Origin: a virus | Length of the DNA stretch: 64,000 bases | Reading direction: 5' to 3' (one strand) | Virus genome (UHGV): UHGV-1558314 | The notes under the pieces: model-generated | What the model saw: the letters and a program-made list of their open reading frames with translations, nothing else | Database searches by the model: none | What the model was told of the DNA's origin: nothing | Translations under genes and position numbers: made by a program | Shown: piece by piece, positions 58,026 to 64,000 of the stretch | Layout: every line of letters starts with the position of its first letter | Position numbering within the stretch: the first letter of the stretch is position 1

Positions 58026-59582
58026 TCATTGCACTTCTACGAATGGCTCTTTCAACACAAAGCTGTCACCATTGCAACATGCGGCTGAGCCATCGTCTGC
58101 ATCAAGTGCGCATGACATATCAGACTTGCAGAACTTGCAATATGAACATGACCATGCATGACTCATAAAGTTGTTTGCTTCACAAATTACACAGCGCTCA
58201 TGTGAAAGTGTATTGTCGCAATTGTCACAAGACTTCTTGATTGGCACATCTTTATTGATATATGCAAGATGCAATGCAATATCATACACAAAGTCACCCG
58301 TATATTGCTGAATGAAATCAGTGTGCCACAACTCTTTTAACAATTGTGTATGTCTATATGGCTGAACAATGTCTTCAAGATGCTGCAAGTCATCATCGCT
58401 AACCATGAGCTTCTTAATGACAAACTGTTTGAACTGCGGCCATCTGTCAAACATATAGAGTTTGCATGAGTTGTGCACAAGTGGAACACAGCCAAGCACA
58501 ATGCTTTCACAGAATCTACGCAAACTAAAACAGTTTGCATCATATGACGGCACAATCAATGTGAATCTGCTATGCTTGATGAGTTCAAGGTATGTGTCAT
58601 ATGGCAGTAGCTTGTCTGACAATGGCTGCTGTTGCTTGTCCCTGCTGAAAAATCTGAACACAATGCCTTTATCAATTGCATCTTGATTGTGCAGATGCAT
58701 GAGTTTGTTGATGAGTTCTGTGCGTTCAGTTTTGTCTCGCCAAGTATTCGTCAATGCAAATGCAAAATTCAGTCGCTTGTCATCAAACGTCGCTTCAATG
58801 TCATCCCAAGTTTTGTCATGCAAATACCAGTATTGCTGTGATGGGCACCATCCATAATATGCAATAGCGTCTTGTTCTGCTGTAACGTCATACACATATG
58901 CAGAATTGTATTCAAGGCCAAGCCCTTTGACATTGTTGCAGTCATGAAAGTACCAATGCTGCACTTTGAATATCTTTGATGCACTGAATGCGCTTTCATA
59001 TGGCCCTGAATAGCGATAGTCAATGTAATTGAGCTTGTGCTGCAATGGGTCTTCGACAAAGTTGTTTATGACTGTGCCTTGTTGTTTGCCATTAGTCTTG
59101 CGAGCATTCAATGCAATATTGTACTGCATAATGACTGACAGCATCTCATACACTACATACATGAGTGCTTTGTAGACTGAGCCTGCTGCGTCAATTAGCG
59201 GCAAATCACGTTTGACTGATGCAGTACCAAATGTCTTGCAATATGCAGAAAATGTATCAAGTTCTGCCTGTTGAAATGAATTGCATGCGCCATTGAATAT
59301 GTTGAATGTTGCAATGTAGCTCATATTACAAGATGTCATTGACATATCAAGACGCTTCATAATGTCAGCAATGCGACATTGAGCAAAATCTGACACATCA
59401 ACATATTTGACATGATGACCTGATGCAGTCAAGCCAACTGCGACTTCTTTCATTTGTGGCACAAAGCCTACTACAATGAACAAGTCATCTTTGTTTGCTC
59501 GTTCAAACATTGCTGCACTTTTCCAAGTCAATGAATTGAAAAAGTCTATGTAGCCAGTCTGTGTGATGATATGTGTTCTCAT
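58026..59582 (-). CDS. Glycosyltransferase-like protein (GT-B-type C-terminal motif), paralog B
   Basis: VPSYDANCFSLRRFCESIVLGCVPLV; C-terminal Cys-rich extension (CDNCDN...CVICE...CSYCKFC). Confidence 0.45.
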   Translation of the reverse strand: MRTHIITQTGYIDFFNSLTWKSAAMFERANKDDLFIVVGFVPQMKEVAVGLTASGHHVKYVDVSDFAQCRIADIMKRLDMSMTSCNMSYIATFNIFNGACNSFQQAELDTFSAYCKTFGTASVKRDLPLIDAAGSVYKALMYVVYEMLSVIMQYNIALNARKTNGKQQGTVINNFVEDPLQHKLNYIDYRYSGPYESAFSASKIFKVQHWYFHDCNNVKGLGLEYNSAYVYDVTAEQDAIAYYGWCPSQQYWYLHDKTWDDIEATFDDKRLNFAFALTNTWRDKTERTELINKLMHLHNQDAIDKGIVFRFFSRDKQQQPLSDKLLPYDTYLELIKHSRFTLIVPSYDANCFSLRRFCESIVLGCVPLVHNSCKLYMFDRWPQFKQFVIKKLMVSDDDLQHLEDIVQPYRHTQLLKELWHTDFIQQYTGDFVYDIALHLAYINKDVPIKKSCDNCDNTLSHERCVICEANNFMSHAWSCSYCKFCKSDMSCALDADDGSAACCNGDSFVLKEPFVEVQ

Positions 59583-60745
59583 GATTTGAATGTTTGTTCA
59601 AGAATTGTGTAACACTGCACAATCATTACTGCAAGAGCTTTTTGCTGTGCTTGTTTGCAATCATCAAAATTTGTGGGCGCAGTGCGTACGCGTGTTTTGC
59701 TATTAAGTGTCGCAAATGTCGCGTAGTCATCGAAGCCTATAATGTCAGCAAATAGGGCAATTGGCTTATAATCTACAAGTATGTTGCAGCAATTTGCAAG
59801 TACGCCTTCAACCCATCGATTTGGCAGCAAGTCTGCTTGCACATACAATGAATCACCAACTACAAGATTGTATGCCGACTGTGACATTACACGCGGCATT
59901 GCATCGTATGTGACTTTGTATTTAAGTGTAAAGTTTGGTGCTGCTGATTTAATCGCAGACAAAATTGTGTCATCAAGATATGATGTTATGAGACACGTGT
60001 CGCACATATGTATGACAAATTGTTCAATCACACTTCTACGATACTCGTCAAGATATGTGAAACCTGCACAACTTGCACAGCATGCATATTGCTGCTTTAT
60101 GTCAGCAAAGCTACGCACATGAGCTTCAATTGCATTTTGCATCGTTACTTGTAGTTTAAGCAATCTTGGCTCTTTAATGTATTGAAGCTTCAATGCATTG
60201 ACTGCTGCAATGATTTGCAATGGGGCAAACACACATTGAGACTCATCAAGCCAAGCGTATTTGAGATTTTTGTGCTGGCATAGATGCGTAATGTTGTCTT
60301 TTTGTGATTCTAAGTACTCTTTGTAATTGTGCAATCGCTTTGTCAATGTGCATTCTTTATCAAAGTCGAATCGCAAATCAGTTGTTAGTGTAAATTTGCG
60401 AGCGTTTGACAAACACCATGTTTTGAATGCATTCCACAGAACATCTTGCTGAAATTCTGAGCAATGTTCAAGAGCAGCCTTTGAACCTTGCCAGAATATT
60501 GCGCAATCATCTGATTTTGCGCACTTCAGCATATCTTGCCATGCATGTATGTTATTGATAATATGCACATTATCATACACAAGCTCATCAAGTATTGCAT
60601 GCTTGTTCTCAGGGTCGCCAAACACATATACAGCATCAAACATTGTCTGCACAAAACCTGCAAATGCAATAGGTTCTGTATGCTTAAGATGCTGTACGTC
60701 TGAACGCACGCATGTGTCAAATTTCAAAATGAATAGTTTGCTCAT
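59579..60745 (-). CDS. Hypothetical protein (388 aa), paralog A
   Basis: ATGA overlap with downstream GT-like gene; paralogous to 54983..56158. Confidence 0.4.
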   Translation of the reverse strand: MSKLFILKFDTCVRSDVQHLKHTEPIAFAGFVQTMFDAVYVFGDPENKHAILDELVYDNVHIINNIHAWQDMLKCAKSDDCAIFWQGSKAALEHCSEFQQDVLWNAFKTWCLSNARKFTLTTDLRFDFDKECTLTKRLHNYKEYLESQKDNITHLCQHKNLKYAWLDESQCVFAPLQIIAAVNALKLQYIKEPRLLKLQVTMQNAIEAHVRSFADIKQQYACCASCAGFTYLDEYRRSVIEQFVIHMCDTCLITSYLDDTILSAIKSAAPNFTLKYKVTYDAMPRVMSQSAYNLVVGDSLYVQADLLPNRWVEGVLANCCNILVDYKPIALFADIIGFDDYATFATLNSKTRVRTAPTNFDDCKQAQQKALAVMIVQCYTILEQTFKS

Positions 60746-61442
60746 ATACTTTGCAATTATCTATTACATGTTGATATTGTACTTCATCTATGATGTGATT
60801 TGCAATGACACCATATGAGGCGTCATACATTGGCATCTTCTCATATGACAATGCTGCGTCAAGATTGCATATCACATAATTGCAATGCACAATGTCATCT
60901 ACATTGTCACTAACTGCTACGATATTGACACACTTTGCAAGAAATGCATCATCAAAGTCTACTTGATTGCATGCAACCTCATAATCTGCTGCGCTTCTTG
61001 GGTACCAATATAACTCAATGCCAGCACTACTAAGTAGTCGCAAGCCATCTATGTGATGATACAAGTCAACAAAATGCACTTGCTTAACGCCTGCTTGCAA
61101 AATAAGCTTTGCGCAATCAATGCATGGACTGTATGTTACATACAGCACTGCGTCATTTGCGGTCGCATTGCCATATTTGCACAGCTTCATCAATGCGTTT
61201 GATTCTGCATGCAAAACTTCTTTGTTGGTTTTGATACCTGCCGATGTTGCATGCTCACAACAATTTGACATGCCAGTTGGCATGCCATTGTAGCCATCTG
61301 AAATTATGCAACCATTTTTTACAAGCAATGCGCCAACTTTTGCTCGCTGAGCATATGAATTTAATGACCAAAGCTCAGCCATTTTAAGATATATGAGATT
61401 TCGTTGAAACTGCTTTGTTTCAGACCAAGTTAGCCATTTCAT
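60717..61442 (-). CDS. dCMP deaminase (zinc-dependent cytidine/deoxycytidylate deaminase family)
   Basis: HAESNAL ... SPCIDCAKLI zinc-binding motifs. Confidence 0.7.
   Translation of the reverse strand: MKWLTWSETKQFQRNLIYLKMAELWSLNSYAQRAKVGALLVKNGCIISDGYNGMPTGMSNCCEHATSAGIKTNKEVLHAESNALMKLCKYGNATANDAVLYVTYSPCIDCAKLILQAGVKQVHFVDLYHHIDGLRLLSSAGIELYWYPRSAADYEVACNQVDFDDAFLAKCVNIVAVSDNVDDIVHCNYVICNLDAALSYEKMPMYDASYGVIANHIIDEVQYQHVIDNCKVYEQTIHFEI
60766..60785 (-). promoter_or_regulatory. Promoter box embedded in 3' end of dCMP deaminase gene
   Basis: acatgttgatattgtacttc about 25 nt upstream of ATG 60745. Confidence 0.35.
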
Positions 61443-61446
61443 ATGC

Positions 61447-62829
61447 TTACAGTGAGTTTATAATTTTGATAAAGTCTGTTACAATGTTTGTATGCAACTC
61501 AATGAGATAGTTGTCTTGTAATGTCATAAGCTCATCAAGTTCATCTACACTTAATGACTTGAAGACTTCTGCACAATGCTTGGCATTTTTGATGTGTGCG
61601 ACTTTATGATACTTGATAAAGTCAGGACACACACAATTATTCACGTACATACAAGGCAAGCCTGCAAGCATTGATTCAGTTGCTCTGAATGTAATTGCGT
61701 TGCATTGTTTCATATTCTCTTCACACACAATGTATGCAAAGTCGAACTGCGACAAGTATGTTAACATGTCAAAATACTTGATTGTGCCATTATAGACATG
61801 TGGCATATCAATGTCGATATTGCCGACAACATGAGTTTCGATGTCTGCGCAGCCAAGCAAATCAATGACTTCTTGTTTGCGTTCAGCGCACATGTCATTC
61901 CAAGCAACCATCGGCATTGCAGTAGTCAACTTGCCTGATTGCAATTTTGCTAAACGTTTTTCGTTATGTGATGCATACAATGGAATGCCTTCAAGTCTTG
62001 CATGCTGAATTGTGTTGACATTGATTTCTGTCAGCATTGACAACGCATTATGCATGTTCTGTGCTTGTGTGACAACTGTCATCTTTTTGCAGCGCAATCT
62101 AAAGTTTGCAATGTGTGGCACGAGTCGTAAATCATACCACAGCCATACAATGTCACCCTTCCATGACTCAATAAGCTGCTTGTGCTGTTTGTAGATGACT
62201 GACTGACTCATCAAGTCATTCATTGCTGAGCATACAATGTACAACACACCATATTTGTCAATTGAGTGCTGCACATAGTCAACTGAGCAGCATAGCACAT
62301 CTTTGTCGAAAAGTTTTGGGTCATGCACTTCTGCATCATCTACAATAAGATGTGCCTTGTATTGATGCTGCTTTGTTGCATCAATGATGCGAGCAATTGC
62401 AAAGCATTCTCTACTTTGAATGTCTGTCTTATCTTGTCGTGGTTGGTCTTGTGTTCGTACAGGATATGCAGGCTTAAGTATTACAGGCACAAAATGTGTT
62501 TTTGCAGAATATGGTGCATCTACTGCAGCAAACTCCGCGTTGCATCGTTGTGAATGCAGATGTCGTGCATATGATTGCAACAATTCATGAATCATTGCAA
62601 TGTACTCTTTCAATTCAAACAGCTCGTGTACAGTTGCGTTTGTTATGTCGACTACGACAGTTTGTCGCACAATTGGATACACACAAATAACGTAATCATT
62701 ATATGATAGTGGAATGCCTATAAATGCTGAGCATCTGTTTCGAAGCCATGCAATGCAATCAGCGTCAAACACAATTTCATATTGCTGCTGCAAAGCATTT
62801 AATTGCGCTATAATCAAATCATTGTGCAT
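61447..62829 (-). CDS. Hypothetical protein (460 aa), possible third glycosyltransferase-like protein
   Basis: C-terminal FDFAYIVCEENMKQCNAITFRATESMLAGLPCMYV loosely resembles the same GT-B motif. Confidence 0.3.
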   Translation of the reverse strand: MHNDLIIAQLNALQQQYEIVFDADCIAWLRNRCSAFIGIPLSYNDYVICVYPIVRQTVVVDITNATVHELFELKEYIAMIHELLQSYARHLHSQRCNAEFAAVDAPYSAKTHFVPVILKPAYPVRTQDQPRQDKTDIQSRECFAIARIIDATKQHQYKAHLIVDDAEVHDPKLFDKDVLCCSVDYVQHSIDKYGVLYIVCSAMNDLMSQSVIYKQHKQLIESWKGDIVWLWYDLRLVPHIANFRLRCKKMTVVTQAQNMHNALSMLTEINVNTIQHARLEGIPLYASHNEKRLAKLQSGKLTTAMPMVAWNDMCAERKQEVIDLLGCADIETHVVGNIDIDMPHVYNGTIKYFDMLTYLSQFDFAYIVCEENMKQCNAITFRATESMLAGLPCMYVNNCVCPDFIKYHKVAHIKNAKHCAEVFKSLSVDELDELMTLQDNYLIELHTNIVTDFIKIINSL

Positions 62830-62846
62830 ATTCGTATTGTTTTATC

Positions 62847-62975
62847 ATATATGAATATATTGTACAACATGTATTGAGCTTTTGCACAACATATGTTGTT
62901 AAAATATCATCATTGTACAACATAAAGCGCATATTTGCACGTTGTGTTGCTAAAAATATTGTTATTGTACACAAA
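62847..62975 (-). promoter_or_regulatory. Promoter region with three copies of the TTGTACA(A) box
   Basis: atatattgtacaacatg (62857-62872), cattgtacaacat (62911-62923), ttattgtacac (62962-62972). Confidence 0.4.
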
Positions 62976-62976
62976 A

Positions 62977-63004
62977 CAAGCAGACTGCAATTGCAGTCTG
63001 CTTG
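62977..63004 (-). terminator. Palindromic terminator-like element, copy 2
   Basis: Perfect 28-bp palindrome caagcagactgcaa|ttgcagtctgcttg downstream of 63052..63597. Confidence 0.45.
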
Positions 63005-63051
63005 CACTTGTTATTAACCCTTAAAATCAATGACACTATGTCAATGTCATT

Positions 63052-63597
63052 TTAGTTTGCGTCCGCTTCCTGCGATTCAGCTTCAGCAGACTTTTCAGCA
63101 AGTTCTGCTTGCTTGCGTTTGTCAATTTCCTGCAAGCAAGTATCAAGTGCAGTAGCATTTTCACGATACTGCTCGTCGAACTTCTGTACTTCTGCTGCAG
63201 GTGCCTCAAGCAGATTGTTGAGCGAATCCAGTGCTGCAGCAACCTGAGCACCCTTGAACTTCGTTGTAGATACTGCACGAACAATGTACTTGAACTCGAA
63301 GATGCCCATGGTGCTTCGTCCTTTTGCAGCGTCAGTAGCCCATGCAGCAAATGCGACAACATCACGCATAAGTCGCATATCAAACTCAAGCTGCGGCAAA
63401 ACAAGTTCGCACACATTACGTGCAACAGACTTGAGCAATTCGCCATCAGTCGTGACAATCATCTGCATTGACTGCGATTTGTCTTCGAGTTCTTTTCGAG
63501 CTTCACTGAGCAACTTTTCAAGTGCTTTCAGCTGCTCCATTGTCATGTCTTTGAGTTCAGTTGCAGGCTTTGCTGCAACAGCATTTTTCTTTGCCAT
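63052..63597 (-). CDS. Hypothetical coiled-coil protein (181 aa)
   Basis: ATG start verified; acidic C-terminus. Confidence 0.4.
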   Translation of the reverse strand: MAKKNAVAAKPATELKDMTMEQLKALEKLLSEARKELEDKSQSMQMIVTTDGELLKSVARNVCELVLPQLEFDMRLMRDVVAFAAWATDAAKGRSTMGIFEFKYIVRAVSTTKFKGAQVAAALDSLNNLLEAPAAEVQKFDEQYRENATALDTCLQEIDKRKQAELAEKSAEAESQEADAN

Positions 63598-63610
63598 ATG
63601 AATAAATGTG

Positions 63611-64000
63611 TTATGAGATGATTTTGATGATTGCTAATGCTAATGTTGCTAAGCACAATGCGCTTAACAGAATCTTCCATATTGTGGCAGAATATCTTAA
63701 CAATCGTAAGGGCTGTTCTTCTGCATATGCAAGATATTCGAGTTCAGCAACATTTGACATCACTGTTCTAATGATGCCATTGCCAGTGTAGTTATGTCGA
63801 AGTGTTACGACATCAAGCAGATTGTTTTGCACAAGTTGATTGAAGACAGGTTCCATGCGTTCATGCATGATGTGCTCAACAATTGCGACTGAGTCAAGTG
63901 CTTCAAATTCTGTGCCCTGTATTGTTGCAATGACTTCAGCAGGGAGCTGCGTATGCACAATGAGACATCGTTGTTCATTGAACAATGCAAATCCACTGTT
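63611..64000 (-). CDS. Hypothetical protein, 5'-partial (N-terminus beyond window end)
   Basis: Frame stays open from 63985 to 64000; track start at 63985 is TTG; C-terminal hydrophobic segment. Confidence 0.35.
   Translation of the reverse strand, partial: NSGFALFNEQRCLIVHTQLPAEVIATIQGTEFEALDSVAIVEHIMHERMEPVFNQLVQNNLLDVVTLRHNYTGNGIIRTVMSNVAELEYLAYAEEQPLRLLRYSATIWKILLSALCLATLALAIIKIIS

Noticed and set aside
16245-62975. CRISPR array, given the recurring ~25-bp motif
   Set aside because: Copies are dispersed in separate intergenic regions upstream of genes, not in regular repeat-spacer units.
1-64000. tRNA or rRNA genes
   Set aside because: No cloverleaf-compatible segments or rRNA-like regions recognised by eye; a tRNAscan-type search would be needed to be certain.

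Overview
This window reads as a densely packed segment of a tailed dsDNA phage genome with distant T-even-like gene content; about 95% of genes are on the minus strand. All calls come from reading the sequence and ORF track by eye against motifs recalled from memory; no searches were run. Supported modules: (1) a head module with a putative portal, a T4 gp21-like prohead protease fused to a 1,100-aa acidic scaffold-like region, and a 5'-partial putative capsid gene at the window start; (2) a family-B DNA polymerase split into two separately transcribed genes by a 3.5-kb cassette; (3) a family of homing-endonuclease-like repeat proteins, one interrupted by an in-frame TAG; (4) a tail/baseplate-like block of large structural ORFs; (5) a nucleotide-metabolism set consisting of canonical thymidylate synthase, a gp42-like dCMP hydroxymethylase, dCMP deaminase, Tmk-like kinase, MazG-like and dUTPase-like proteins; (6) a 9.5-kb cluster at 53.4-62.8 kb with three glycosyltransferase-like genes in a tandemly duplicated two-gene module; (7) a fused Mre11-Rad50 nuclease/ATPase, a DinG-like helicase, a RuvC-like resolvase and a gp55-like late sigma factor. 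The best candidate for a novel system is the hydroxymethylase plus the glycosyltransferase-rich cluster, which I interpret as a DNA hypermodification system more elaborate than the two-enzyme T4 scheme; this is inference and needs nucleoside analysis. Intergenic regions carry a recurring TTGTACAA-centred promoter box, near-identical palindromic terminators and an identical 5' leader hairpin on two repair genes. No Shine-Dalgarno sequences were seen, which suggests a host that does not rely on them. No rRNA, tRNA or CRISPR array was recognised.
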